Shown here: positions 8,977 to 18,232 of the stretch, one piece after another | How positions within the stretch are numbered: the first letter of the stretch is position 1 | Layout of the letters: each line of letters begins with the position of its first letter | NCBI GenBank assembly: GCA_964291395.2 | Contig: OZ219856.1 | Span: 96,001 to 160,000 of the forward strand | Source of the DNA: Alphaproteobacteria bacterium | GTDB lineage: Bacteria; Pseudomonadota; Alphaproteobacteria; UBA2966 | Direction of reading: 5' to 3' | DNA length: 64,000 nucleotides | Program-made: the position numbers and the translations under genes | Notes under the pieces: model-generated | Told to the model about the DNA's origin: nothing | The model's input: the letters and a program-made list of their open reading frames with translations, nothing else | Databases searched by the model: none

Positions 8977-9621
8977 TCACCACCTGGTCTTCTTGGACCA
9001 GACCGTGGGCAGCTTCGCCTTCCTCCAGGCCTGGGTGCCGCCGCGATACCAGTGGACGTCCGAATAGCCGAGCGCGGTCGCCCGGAGCGCCGCGTTGTAG
9101 GACAGCCAGCACTCGGAGCTCAGGCAGAAGATCACCATCTTCCGCGTCCGGTCGCCCTCCGTGATCTTGTCGAGTATCGCCGCGAAGCGGTCCTCGAGGT
9201 TCTTGACCTGTTTTGGGGCGAGGCCGGGGCCCTTGAGCCAGACGGCGCCGGGCAGGGTCTTGTGGCTCCGGCCGCCGAGCACGTCGATCAGAAGCGGCGG
9301 CTCGGGGCCGACCATGAGGTCCCGAAGCTCCCTGGTCGTGATGGTGGCGGCCGAGGCGTGAGTCAGCGGCGTGGGGGCGTGGAATTTCCTGGAACGGAGA
9401 TCGGCGGTGGCCGGAACGTTCCAGTCCTTGTCCTCGATGCCGTAGGTCGCGCTCTTCAGAGACGCCTTCTTCAGCCTGGTCCTCGGATCGACGGGCTTTT
9501 TCGGCGCCGACGCCGCGGTGTTATCGGTGTAGCCGCCGTCGTAACCGTCGGCATGCACAGACAGCGAATAGGCGCAAACGACGGCGAGCGGGGCGAGAGC
9601 CCGGAGTGCCAGTTTCTTCAC
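8977..9621 (-). CDS. Exported rhodanese-like protein (related to PQQ-catabolism CXXCW proteins)
   Basis: Signal peptide; HAPTPLT; LLIDVL; IFCLSSECWLSYNAALRA; VHWYRGGTQAW. Confidence 0.8.
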   Translation of the reverse strand: MKKLALRALAPLAVVCAYSLSVHADGYDGGYTDNTAASAPKKPVDPRTRLKKASLKSATYGIEDKDWNVPATADLRSRKFHAPTPLTHASAATITTRELRDLMVGPEPPLLIDVLGGRSHKTLPGAVWLKGPGLAPKQVKNLEDRFAAILDKITEGDRTRKMVIFCLSSECWLSYNAALRATALGYSDVHWYRGGTQAWRKAKLPTVWSKKTRW

Positions 9622-9702
9622 GATGCCTCTCCTTCGTGACGTGGCCCGGACGGGGGCGGACCCGATCGCCCGGGCGTCGTTGGCCGGGGGAGCGAGCGGG
9701 GC

Positions 9703-10239
9703 TCAGTACCGGCCCAGCTTGATCTTCGCCTTGGCGAGGACCTTCGCTTTCTTCTTTCCCTCGACCTTCTTCACCGCCTTGACCTCGGCGAAGTAGCTGT
9801 GGCCCCGGCCGCCCGAGCACGGGGGCAGATAGCCGGGCCGCGCATAGTCGCCGGTCGCCCGGTTGCGCCTCTCCACGAAGCTGCCGTCCGGCAGATCCCC
9901 GGTCTCGCCCGGAACCGAGGGCAGCAGGGCGCTGCCCGAGCCCTCCGCGATCCGGAACCCGATCTTGCCGTGCCCGCCGTTCCACGAGAGGGGCTGGTAG
10001 TCCCGGTCGTTGAACTCCACGATGATGGCGTTCGCCCCGGCGGGAATGTTCCCGACCTGCAGCGCCGGCGTCGCGCCCTTGCCCCCGAACTTCGTGCACT
10101 GCTGACCCTTCGGGATCTTCTTGCCGTCCCAGGCCGGGTCGGCGAAGGCGACCTCGAGGCCGGCGGCGAGGGCGCCGGGAGCGACCGCGCTCATGAGCAG
10201 CAGGGAGAGGGCGAGCGATAAACGTCGAAGCGTCGTCAT
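9703..10239 (-). CDS. Exported PEBP/YbhB-like hypothetical protein
   Basis: Signal peptide; WDGKKIP; TPALQV; GGHG; YLPPCSGGRGHSYFAEVKAV. Confidence 0.65.
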   Translation of the reverse strand: MTTLRRLSLALSLLLMSAVAPGALAAGLEVAFADPAWDGKKIPKGQQCTKFGGKGATPALQVGNIPAGANAIIVEFNDRDYQPLSWNGGHGKIGFRIAEGSGSALLPSVPGETGDLPDGSFVERRNRATGDYARPGYLPPCSGGRGHSYFAEVKAVKKVEGKKKAKVLAKAKIKLGRY

Positions 10240-10294
10240 GGCGATGACTCCTTCAAGGATGGACCGGGCTTGCCGTCTATTCGTTCCGATTATC

Positions 10295-10909
10295 CTATTT
10301 CGCTTTGAAGCGCACGAGTGCCGTGTCCGGGTCCTGTTTCTTCAGGCGGCTGAGGCGCATTTCGGTCTGCGCCTCGTTGATGGCCACGCCCTCGGGCAGC
10401 TTGAGTTTCTTGCACATGTCGGCGAGGGCACGGGGCCAGCTTTCCTGCACCCAGCCTTCGGTCCATACCACCCACTTGCGCCAGTTGGATGACCACCCAT
10501 GCAGGCGGAACCGGCCGGTCTCGCCGTCATAGAAGGGCACCTGCTGGTAGCGGGACTTGCGGGGATCATCCTTGTCCTTGTGCAAGGCGATGACCGTCCG
10601 GTGCTTGTCGGACGACATGATTTGCCAGTTAAGTGTGTGCGCTTTGGTTGATCCTTTCCGTCGCGTGCAGAGGAAGGCTCTGCCGTCGGCGCCGAAGAAA
10701 CCCCCAGCCACCTGATCGCTTTCGTCCCAGGTCTGGCCCTTGTTGTGGGGCTTGGCGTAGACGAAGGCGCGGCCCGTCAGGAGTTCTTCGAAGAAGGCGG
10801 GATCGTGCGAGGCGGGGTTCGCCTTGCGTTTGTCCTTGGCCGCCGCGTCCGCGAGGGACGCGAAGGCGAGCGCGAAGGCGAGCCCCGCGCACGTCATGGT
10901 CCGTTTCAT
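10295..10909 (-). CDS. Hypothetical exported protein
   Basis: Signal peptide ending ADAAA; basic and Trp-rich; GC3-rich codons; family not recognised. Confidence 0.7.
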   Translation of the reverse strand: MKRTMTCAGLAFALAFASLADAAAKDKRKANPASHDPAFFEELLTGRAFVYAKPHNKGQTWDESDQVAGGFFGADGRAFLCTRRKGSTKAHTLNWQIMSSDKHRTVIALHKDKDDPRKSRYQQVPFYDGETGRFRLHGWSSNWRKWVVWTEGWVQESWPRALADMCKKLKLPEGVAINEAQTEMRLSRLKKQDPDTALVRFKAK

Positions 10910-11035
10910 TGGAGATCCTCCCCGGTTCGTGTCGACGGATTATCGCAGTTGCCCGACCGGCCGGAAACCCGCCAGGAACGACGGCTCGTCATGACGGTCC
11001 GGCATCGGGACCGCTCCCCGGCCCTCATGCCCCCG

Positions 11036-11153
11036 CGCATTGGCCATTCAGTAGCAAGATCGCCTTCATGTATTTCTCGAGGGCGTGTACCGAAAGCCAA
11101 AAGTAATCGACGTTCAATCCCTCGATGAAGCACCGGCGCGCCGTGATGTAGTC
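11036..11153 (-). pseudogene. HEPN-domain N-terminal fragment
   Basis: Manual translation DYITARRCFIEGLNVDYFWLSVHALEKYMKAILLLNGQCA fits the HEPN D-Y-x-x-A-R...A-L-E-K-Y-x-K-A helices. Confidence 0.55.
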
Positions 11154-11302
11154 ATGGAACGATCCGGGCGGCGCTGGAGTCGCCCGTCGCGAGCGGGTCG
11201 GACGGACCGTCCTGAGCCAGGCGAAGAGCCCGATCGTCAGCGCCGGACGCGCCCGTCACGACAGATCAACACTCTGCCGCTCAGGCTCTTCTTATTCAGC
11301 CT

Positions 11303-12466
11303 TCATGCCCCCGCGAGGAGCGACGCCAGCTCCCCCAGGCCGATCGCCTCGATTCCTTCGCCCTTGGGATATCGGTCGTCGCCCGGATACACGACGAAGG
11401 AGCGCTCCGGATCGAGATCTTCCCGCGCCTGGTGGAATCCCCTGTCGAGCTTCGGCGCGAGGCCGCGCTTGATCTCGACCGCCCACAGCTTTCCGCCCGG
11501 CATCTCCAGCACCAGGTCGATTTCGGCGCCGGCGGCCGTTCGGTAGAAGCACGCCCTCACCCGCTCCGGTGCCGCGCCAAGCAGGTTCTCCAGCACGAAC
11601 CCTTCCCAGCTTCCGCCGGCGACCGGATGACCCAGCACGGCGTCCCGGTCGTCGAGGCCGAGCAGCGCGTGGACGATGCCGCTGTCGCGCACATGGACCT
11701 TCGGAGATTTCACCAGGCGCTTGCGGACGTTGGCATGGAAGGGCGGCAGGCGCCGCACCAGCAGGAGGTCGACGAGCAGGTCGAGATAGCGGGCGACCGT
11801 CTTGCCCTCGACGCCGAGGCCGCGCGCGAGCTGAGCCGCGTTGAACGTGCCGCCCTGCGCATGGGCCAGCATGGTCCAGAAGCGGCGCAGCGTTTCCGCC
11901 GGCACGCGCGGCCCGAGCTGCGGGATGTCGCGTTCCAGGTACGTGCGGATGAAATTCTCCCGCCAGACGGCGCTGGCCGCGTCGCTCTCCGCGAGGAAGC
12001 TGTCGGGGAAGCCGCCCCGGATCCAGAGTTTCTCGCGCGCATCGCCGTCGACTTCGAGGACGTTGAACGGCCCCAGCTCGACATAGGCAATGCGGCCGGC
12101 CAGGGATTCGCCCGATTGCTCGAGCAGGTCGACGGACGCCGAGCCCAGCAGCAGGAAGCGGCCCGCCCGGACGCCGCGGCGCCGCCCCCGGTCGATCAGG
12201 CCGCGAAGCGCCTGGAACAGTTCCGGCATTCTCTGGACCTCATCCAGGATCACCAGCTTGTCCTCATGTCCGGACAGGTAAAGGGCGGCATCGGCCAGCT
12301 TCTCGCGGTCCGCCGCGTCCTCGAGGTCGAGATAGACGCTCGCCCGCCCTTCGGCGATGAGCCCGGCCAGCGTGGTCTTGCCCGCCTGACGCGGGCCGAG
12401 CAGGGCCACCGCCGGGAACTGGTCCAGCCGGGCGCGGACGAGCTGTGATTTCCGGCGCGGGATCAT
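11303..12466 (-). CDS. AAA+ ATPase (AAA_14 + DUF4143 type)
   Basis: Walker A GPRQAGKTT; ILDEVQ; LLGSAS; SLAGR; RGGFP; KRLVKSPK; EIDLV...AVEIK. Confidence 0.92.
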   Translation of the reverse strand: MIPRRKSQLVRARLDQFPAVALLGPRQAGKTTLAGLIAEGRASVYLDLEDAADREKLADAALYLSGHEDKLVILDEVQRMPELFQALRGLIDRGRRRGVRAGRFLLLGSASVDLLEQSGESLAGRIAYVELGPFNVLEVDGDAREKLWIRGGFPDSFLAESDAASAVWRENFIRTYLERDIPQLGPRVPAETLRRFWTMLAHAQGGTFNAAQLARGLGVEGKTVARYLDLLVDLLLVRRLPPFHANVRKRLVKSPKVHVRDSGIVHALLGLDDRDAVLGHPVAGGSWEGFVLENLLGAAPERVRACFYRTAAGAEIDLVLEMPGGKLWAVEIKRGLAPKLDRGFHQAREDLDPERSFVVYPGDDRYPKGEGIEAIGLGELASLLAGA

Positions 12467-12591
12467 CCTTGCAAATATGGCATTTCATGCCAGGAATGCA
12501 AGGATGTCTGACGAGAACGGCGACGATGCCTCAGGCCACCGCCAGGCTCCCCCCGGAAAGGCGATCGTCGTCATGATCGTCAACATATTGT

Positions 12592-12617
12592 TTGACATGG
12601 CGCCGCGGTTCCTATAT
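12592..12617 (+). promoter_or_regulatory. Candidate promoter with overlapping imperfect palindrome
   Basis: TTG(ACA) at 12592, 17 nt after TTG to CTATAT at 12612-12617; GTCAA-N8-TTGAC at 12579-12596. Confidence 0.5.
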
Positions 12618-12623
12618 CTAGTA

Positions 12624-12700
12624 CCCGCTTGCGCCGTGTCCTCCACGTGCGCTTCTGTCCCAGAGGACCGCCGCCCCATCCAGGCGGCGGTTCTTGCTTT
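12624..12700 (+). ncRNA. Candidate small RNA with an anti-Shine-Dalgarno loop
   Basis: Hairpin GCGCCGTG-TCCTC-CACGTGCGC, then terminator-like ACCGCCGCC-CCATCCA-GGCGGCGGT-TCTTGCTTT, directly after the promoter. Confidence 0.5.
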
Positions 12701-12944
12701 GTCGGTCCTCCTCCCGGGCGGACGCGCGCCGCACGGTCTCCTTCGTCCGATCGCTCGTCCCGGGCAAACCGGGTTCGCAGAAAATCGAAAGATAGCCTCG
12801 GGGGAAACGCTCATCGACATCCGAAGCACGCGGTGCCCGCGCACGTCGCCTTGCAAATGACCGTCCTTGTTGTACGTTCATGACCGGGTCGTTGGCGGGT
12901 CAGCCCTCGCCGATTGCGGACGGGACGGGTATCGGAACGGGATC

Positions 12945-13220
12945 ATGCCGCCTGCCACATACAAGGTCGCCGAAGCCCGCGCCCGCTTCTCCGAGCTTCT
13001 GACGCGGGCCAGGGCCGGTAAGGAGATCGTCATCACCAAGGACCGCGAGCTGCACGCCCGGCTCCTGCCGTCGGCCGTGGCGGAGAAGCGGGAGACCGCA
13101 CCGTTGAGGCACCTCGGCTTGCCGGACGACCTTTTCGACCGGGAGGACGCGGAACAGGCCGCACCGCACGAGCGACGCGATCCGCTGTCGAACGATCCGA
13201 CCCTCGGGTACGCTCCGTAA
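12945..13220 (+). CDS. Phd/YefM-family antitoxin, orphan and possibly C-terminally altered
   Basis: YKVAEARARFSELLTRARAGKEIVITKD; no cognate toxin follows. Confidence 0.75.
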   Translation: MPPATYKVAEARARFSELLTRARAGKEIVITKDRELHARLLPSAVAEKRETAPLRHLGLPDDLFDREDAEQAAPHERRDPLSNDPTLGYAP

Positions 13221-13256
13221 ATTGATTCGCCCTCTCAACGCAGTTAACTTGGCGGC

Positions 13257-13460
13257 ATGAAGACGACCGTCGATATTCCCGATGGCGAACTCGAAGACGT
13301 CATCAGATACACGAACGCGAGGACCAAACGCGAGGCCATCGTCAGCGCCATCGTAGACTTCAACCGGCGCAGGCGCATGGCGGAACTGGCAAAGTACGCC
13401 GGCACGTGCGCCGACTTGATCACACCTCAGGAGCTTCAAGCCGCGCGCCGCCGGGACTGA
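13257..13460 (+). CDS. vapB: VapB-family antitoxin
   Basis: MKTTVDIPD...TKREAIVSAIVDFNRRRR. Confidence 0.8.
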   Translation: MKTTVDIPDGELEDVIRYTNARTKREAIVSAIVDFNRRRRMAELAKYAGTCADLITPQELQAARRRD

Positions 13461-13464
13461 GCCC

Positions 13465-13548
13465 TTGATCCTGGTCGACACCTCGTCCTGGATACACATG
13501 CTTCGCCCGAGCGGCGACCCGGCCGTACGCCGCCGCGTCGTCACGGCG
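13465..13548 (+). pseudogene. vapC: Truncated VapC (first ~28 codons)
   Basis: TTG start, ILVDTSSWIHMLRPSGDPAVRRRV, then similarity is lost at the next promoter. Confidence 0.75.
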
Positions 13549-13563
13549 GAACCACGATGGACG

Positions 13564-13599
13564 TTGACAATGGTGCTACCAGGTGTTACCAAGTGCTGC
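13564..13599 (+). promoter_or_regulatory. Promoter/operator of the parDE-like pair
   Basis: TTGACA at 13564; 10-bp direct repeats GGTGCTACCA / GGTGTTACCA / AGTGCTGCC. Confidence 0.5.
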
Positions 13600-13622
13600 C
13601 TCCGGGTCAGGGAGAATGCCCA

Positions 13623-13898
13623 TTGACCGCCAAGACGTCGGTTTCGCTTACGGACGAGCAATACGCCTTCGTCAGGACGCTGGTGGAGGCCGGGCGCTAT
13701 TCCAGCGTCAGCGCCGTGCTGCAGCAGGGTATCGACCTGCTTCGCGGACGGATGGATGCCGAAGAACTGGAACGCGAGGCGCTGCGGGAGGTTCTGGCCC
13801 GCCGCCGGAGCGGCGGTTTCGTCAGCGGGGCGCGGATGGACGGCCGGATCGCCGACATGATCGCCGCGAAGCGCCGCGCGCATGGCCTTCCGTCTTGA
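13623..13898 (+). CDS. Ribbon-helix-helix (ParD-like) antitoxin
   Basis: KTSVSLTDEQYAFVRTLVEAGRYSSVSAVLQQG; RBS GGAGA, TTG start. Confidence 0.85.
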   Translation: MTAKTSVSLTDEQYAFVRTLVEAGRYSSVSAVLQQGIDLLRGRMDAEELEREALREVLARRRSGGFVSGARMDGRIADMIAAKRRAHGLPS

Positions 13899-14229
13899 GT
13901 TCTCGGCCGAGGCCGAACGCGATTTCGGACTGATCTTCGACCATCTCTTCGAGAGTTACCGCGGCTTCGGCGAGAGCGTGGAGGCGGCGCTTGACCATGC
14001 CGCGGCGCGGGTGCTGGAAATCCGTGCGGCCGCGGAGCGCATTCCCGGCGCCCCCTATCGCGGCGAAAGCCATGACGACATCCTGCCGGGTCTGAGGCAT
14101 CTGACGCTCGATCGGGCGATCTACTGGTTCGACGTCGAAGAAGAGCGCCGGACCGTCCGGATTCTGGCGGTGTTCTTGAGCGGACAGGATCATACCCGCC
14201 GCATGCTGGCTCGGCTCCTCGCGGGGTGA
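13882..14229 (+). CDS. RelE/ParE-family toxin
   Basis: FRLEFSAEAERDF...PYRG...PGLRHL...VRILAVF; overlaps the antitoxin. Confidence 0.85.
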   Translation: MAFRLEFSAEAERDFGLIFDHLFESYRGFGESVEAALDHAAARVLEIRAAAERIPGAPYRGESHDDILPGLRHLTLDRAIYWFDVEEERRTVRILAVFLSGQDHTRRMLARLLAG

Positions 14230-14437
14230 CCGACACCGGGTCGGTCACGAACCGCGCCGCGCGGCCGTGGCCTCGAGGCGTGCGCCCGCATGCACCGGCG
14301 CCGACTCGGCTAGTCTCGGCTAGTCGACGCCTGGTCACGCACCGCGGCGCGGCCGGCCACCGGGCAGCGGTCGCCCCGCCCGGCGACTCCCCTGCGGTAA
14401 GCTGGGCGATCCGATCCGATCCGAGAGGAGGCATGCC

Positions 14438-14860
14438 GTGGAAAAGATCGTCAAGGAGGTCCCGGGCTACGAGCTGCACGACGAGGCCGCGGCGCCGGGC
14501 TGGCATCACTCGAAGACGGGCTGGCGCTCCGACGCCGCCCGCTGCGGGCCGTTCGTCTTCTGCGGCGCCATCGGCTGCCATCCCGTCACCCACGAGCTCG
14601 GCGCGACGGTGGAGGAGGAGGTCCGCCTCATCTTCAGGCACCTGGAGGCGGCGTTCGGCGTCCACGGCGCGACCTTGCAGGACATCGTGCACATGACCCT
14701 GTACTTCACCGACCGCAAGGCCCACTGGCCGATATTCGACAGGGTCCGCCGCGAGATCTACCCCAAGGACCCGCCGGTCACGGTCGGCGTCGGCACCACC
14801 GAGCTGGCCTCCGGCGCGGCGATCGAGGTCGACGCGCTCGCCGCCGCCCCCGGCGGCTGA
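14438..14860 (+). CDS. RidA/YjgF family protein
   Basis: FVFCGAIG; GATLQDIVHMTLYFTD; PPVTVGVGTTELASGAAIEVDALA; RBS GAGGAGG. Confidence 0.85.
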   Translation: MEKIVKEVPGYELHDEAAAPGWHHSKTGWRSDAARCGPFVFCGAIGCHPVTHELGATVEEEVRLIFRHLEAAFGVHGATLQDIVHMTLYFTDRKAHWPIFDRVRREIYPKDPPVTVGVGTTELASGAAIEVDALAAAPGG

Positions 14861-15046
14861 CCGCCGTCCGGGTTCCGGTCCGTTCCCGGCGCGGGGACGT
14901 CCGGCGCTGGAGTCCGCCGCTGGATTCCGCCGCTCCGGGGGCGTAGGGTTCCGCGACCGGACCGCCCGGCCCCTGCGTGTGCGCGCCCCGCCCGGCGCGC
15001 CGCCCCCGCGCCACGGGCCGGAACCCGGATGACGAGGAGAAACGGG

Positions 15047-15856
15047 ATGAAGCCGCGAGCGATGTTGACGCTGCTGCCGCTGCTGCCGGCACTCGCGTTC
15101 CTGCCGGTCGAGAGCCGCGCGGCGGAAGGGCCGGGCCGGCACTCCGTGGAGCTGGTCGAATGGAGTTCCGGGGAAAGCGTGGAGCGCCTCGCCCGTTCCT
15201 CCCACAAGACGGATTTCTTCCCCCTGAGCAATCACTTCGTCAGCCAGGACAACAAGATCTTCTGCGGCCCGGCTTCCTCCGCCATGGTCCTGAACGCGCT
15301 GCGGCTGGGCAGGCGGGACGGTCTGCCGCAGGACGAGCTGTCCATAGCGGCGGGCGAACGCGCCTGGCTCCCGGAGGGGTTCAATCCGTTCTACGGAAAA
15401 TACACGCCCAACAACATTCTCGACGGGCGGACGAAGAGCAGGCTCGAGGTTCTCGGCAAGCCGATCGAGATCGCAGGCGAGCTGAAGGCGGACTTCGGCC
15501 TGCAGCTGGCCCAGCTGGCGCAGGCGCTGCGCGCCCACGGCCTGGACGTCACGGTCCGGGTCGTGGATGCGGAGGCGGACGCGGAAACGGTCAGGCGGGA
15601 GATCGCCGCCAACCTGGCGACCGAGGACGACTACGTGCTGGTCAACTACGCGCGGAAGTCGCTCGGCCAGAGCGGCGGCGGCCACATCTCCCCGCTCGGG
15701 GCCTACGACGAGACGAGCGATTCCTTCCTGATCATGGACGTCAATCCCAACCGGGCTCCCTGGGTCTGGGTCGGGTCCGACGATCTGATCGCGGCGATGC
15801 GCACGTTCGATACGGTCGAGAACCGCGGCTACCTCCTGGTGTCGGAGACCAGGTAG
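15047..15856 (+). CDS. Phytochelatin synthase-like protein with signal peptide
   Basis: SQDNKIFCGPASSAMVLNAL (Cys), GGHISPLGAYD (His), LIMDV (Asp): the papain-fold triad. Confidence 0.88.
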   Translation: MKPRAMLTLLPLLPALAFLPVESRAAEGPGRHSVELVEWSSGESVERLARSSHKTDFFPLSNHFVSQDNKIFCGPASSAMVLNALRLGRRDGLPQDELSIAAGERAWLPEGFNPFYGKYTPNNILDGRTKSRLEVLGKPIEIAGELKADFGLQLAQLAQALRAHGLDVTVRVVDAEADAETVRREIAANLATEDDYVLVNYARKSLGQSGGGHISPLGAYDETSDSFLIMDVNPNRAPWVWVGSDDLIAAMRTFDTVENRGYLLVSETR

Positions 15857-15944
15857 CGGAACGCCCGGATTCGGCGTCCACGGCGCGGATACCAGGGCGC
15901 TCCGCGAGGACGGCGGCGACGGACGAGAAGGAGACTTCAGCACG

Positions 15945-16163
15945 ATGACGACGCAACGCACCGGGTTCGGACGCGAGATCGAGACGGCTCTGGGCGAGGT
16001 CCTCGACCATGTTCGTGGCGAGACGGACCAGCCGTGCCGGATCGTGGCGCTCGCCCGCGAGGACGCGACGCGGTTCTTCGATGCACTCTCCGACCCGCCG
16101 CCGCCGAACGACCGCCTCCGCGCGGCCCTCGAGGAGCACGCCCGGCGCGTCGACTCGCGTTGA
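15945..16163 (+). pseudogene. Chimera of a HigA-like N-terminus and a DUF1778/TacA-like C-terminus
   Basis: First 34 codons nearly identical to 18229-18329; then ALAREDATRFFDALSDPPPPNDRLRAAL. Confidence 0.7.
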
Positions 16164-16374
16164 CCGAGTCCGATGCGCTCGTCATCGAGCCGCCCGGAAA
16201 CTGCCGCGCCATCCGGTGCCCTGCGCCCTGATTGGCCGGCTGGCGGTCGACCGCTCGGCGCACGGGCGCGGTCTTGGACGCATGCTTCTCGCCGACGCGG
16301 TCAGGCGGACCGTGGCGGCCGGTGAGTCCGTGGCCATGCATGCCCTGATCGTGGATCCCGACGCTTCTACATGA
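16160..16374 (+). pseudogene. Internally deleted GNAT toxin (TacT/AtaT-like)
   Basis: Start LTESDALVIEP, then in another frame RKLPRHPVPCALIGRLAVDRSAHGRGLGRMLLADA...ALIVD. Confidence 0.75.
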
Positions 16375-16563
16375 CTGACGACCCGATTCCGCTCGGCCAC
16401 CGCCCTATCGATCGGCGCGCCGCGGCCGCGCCCGATCAGGCCGGCGGAAACGGCTGCGGACGTTCCGATGCCGCCGATATCACAGCCGCCGTTATTTGCA
16501 CTGAACCGCGAATGATGGGGTAGGATGGCGGCCGCAAGCTGCCATCGAGACGAACGGTCCGCA

Positions 16564-17742
16564 ATGAACGATATCCCCACCGATTATCTGGCCGGCTACG
16601 AGAAGGCGCGGGCCATCGACCCGGAGCGGGCGGCCCTCTACGTCAAGCACACGGTCATCGGAGACCCCTTGGCCGAAGCGATGGCGGACGACCTCGAGGC
16701 TCTCGACCAGGAAGAGGCGAGGCGTTTCATCGAGATCGGGATGAGCGGCGACCCTGACGGCGCGCTGGACGCCGCGCCGGCGACGGTGCGGGCGTTTTTC
16801 AAGAATGCGCAAGTCCAGCCGGAATGGCTCGACTACAAGACGTTCCCTCCCGGCATCAGCATGTTCCACAGGAACTCGTACGTGGTGCTGGTGGCGTTCG
16901 TGGCGGGCGTCCTGATCGAGGGGTTCACCACCAACATCGCGCAATCCTTCATGCTCACCGGGCGCGTGCGCGACAAGGGCGTCAGGCGTTTGGGGCAGAA
17001 CAACCGGCACATGACCGAGATATTCTTTCCCGGCGGCCTGGACCAGCATGCGGACGGCTGGAAGCTGTCGGTCCGCATACGGTTGATCCACGCGCGATTG
17101 AGGCACCTCCTGAGCAGGTCGGGGGAATGGGACGCCGAGGCCTGGGGCACCCCGATCAGCTCGGCCCACCTGGGTTTTGCCATCAGCGCGTTTTCCGCAA
17201 GGCTGCTGGTGCACATGAAGAGGCTGGGCGCCAGCTACGACGAGGAAGAGCACAAGGGCTTCATGGACATCTGGCGCTACTCCGGCTTCCTGATGGGCAT
17301 TCCCGAAACCATCCTGTTCCGCGATGCCGAGGAGGCTCTGAAGCTCTACGATATCGGTCTCATGTGCGAGCCCGACCCGGGCATCGAGTCGATCGTCATG
17401 GCTCACGCCCTGGTCAACTCGGCCCCGGTCATTGCCGGGGCGGCCAACCCGGGGGAGCGCCGCCAGCTGGCGCGCTATGTCTATCGCATGTCGCGCGGCC
17501 TCATCGGCGAACGGGCCGCGGAGTCGCTGAGGTATCCGGACGTGTCCGCCTTCGGGGCCGTCGAGTGGTTCAGGCTGCAGATGCGGTTCGGCCGGGTGCT
17601 CGACAAGGTGCTGCCGGGTCAGCGCCAGAAAAGCAGTTTCAACAGGTTCGGATACCTGCTCGCGGGTTCGACCTACGACAAGGACGGCATCAACTTCAAA
17701 TTGCCCACCCATGTCTATGGGGAACGTGCCGGGGAATGGTAG
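16564..17742 (+). CDS. MpaB/DUF2236-like oxygenase family protein
   Basis: GDPLA; PEWLD; TGR...RRL; GWKLSVRIRLIHARLRH; WDAEAWGTPIS; WRYSGFLMGIP. Confidence 0.85.
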   Translation: MNDIPTDYLAGYEKARAIDPERAALYVKHTVIGDPLAEAMADDLEALDQEEARRFIEIGMSGDPDGALDAAPATVRAFFKNAQVQPEWLDYKTFPPGISMFHRNSYVVLVAFVAGVLIEGFTTNIAQSFMLTGRVRDKGVRRLGQNNRHMTEIFFPGGLDQHADGWKLSVRIRLIHARLRHLLSRSGEWDAEAWGTPISSAHLGFAISAFSARLLVHMKRLGASYDEEEHKGFMDIWRYSGFLMGIPETILFRDAEEALKLYDIGLMCEPDPGIESIVMAHALVNSAPVIAGAANPGERRQLARYVYRMSRGLIGERAAESLRYPDVSAFGAVEWFRLQMRFGRVLDKVLPGQRQKSSFNRFGYLLAGSTYDKDGINFKLPTHVYGERAGEW

Positions 17743-18040
17743 CGCTCGCGCTCCGGGCGCTGATTCTGGCCTGCCGGCCCATTACGGAGCACCGCGCCTT
17801 CATGAAGGCGGTTCAGAGAATGGAGCGGCAGGCTCGGGCGACACCCCCCATCCACCGCAAACCATCGTGGATTGTCGACCTCGATGACGGGTGAGGGTGT
17901 CCATCGGCGGTCACGACCCGTTCCATGCGCCCCGACCGGCGCCCCTGCCGCCCCGCCCCGATCGCGTCCCTGACCGCCTGCGCGAAGGCGGACCGCGAGG
18001 ATCTGACGCCGGCGGTCCGATACCAGGGCCCCCGCACCGG

Positions 18041-18232
18041 CTACGATGGGCCGGGTCCGGGCGCGGAAAGCGGGGAGGTATTCGCACCGTCTATTTCTAT
18101 CACGCCGGACCGGAAGCGATTTACTTCCTGACCGCCTACGCGAAGGCGGACCGCGAGGATCTGACGCCGGCGGATACCAGGGCGCTGTCGCGGCTGGTGG
18201 CCTCGATCAAGAAGGAGACTTCAGCACCATGA
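18041..18232 (+). pseudogene. HigB/RelE toxin lacking its N-terminus
   Basis: LRWAGSGRGKRGGIRTVYFY...FLTAYAKADREDLTP; upstream part replaced by a duplicate of its own 3' segment (17969-18029). Confidence 0.75.

Noticed and set aside
13697-15961. 754-aa minus-strand ORF
   Set aside because: Antisense to four well-supported plus-strand genes
17750-17894. Possible C-terminal gene relic (...HRKPSWIVDLDDG*)
   Set aside because: No recognisable family or start
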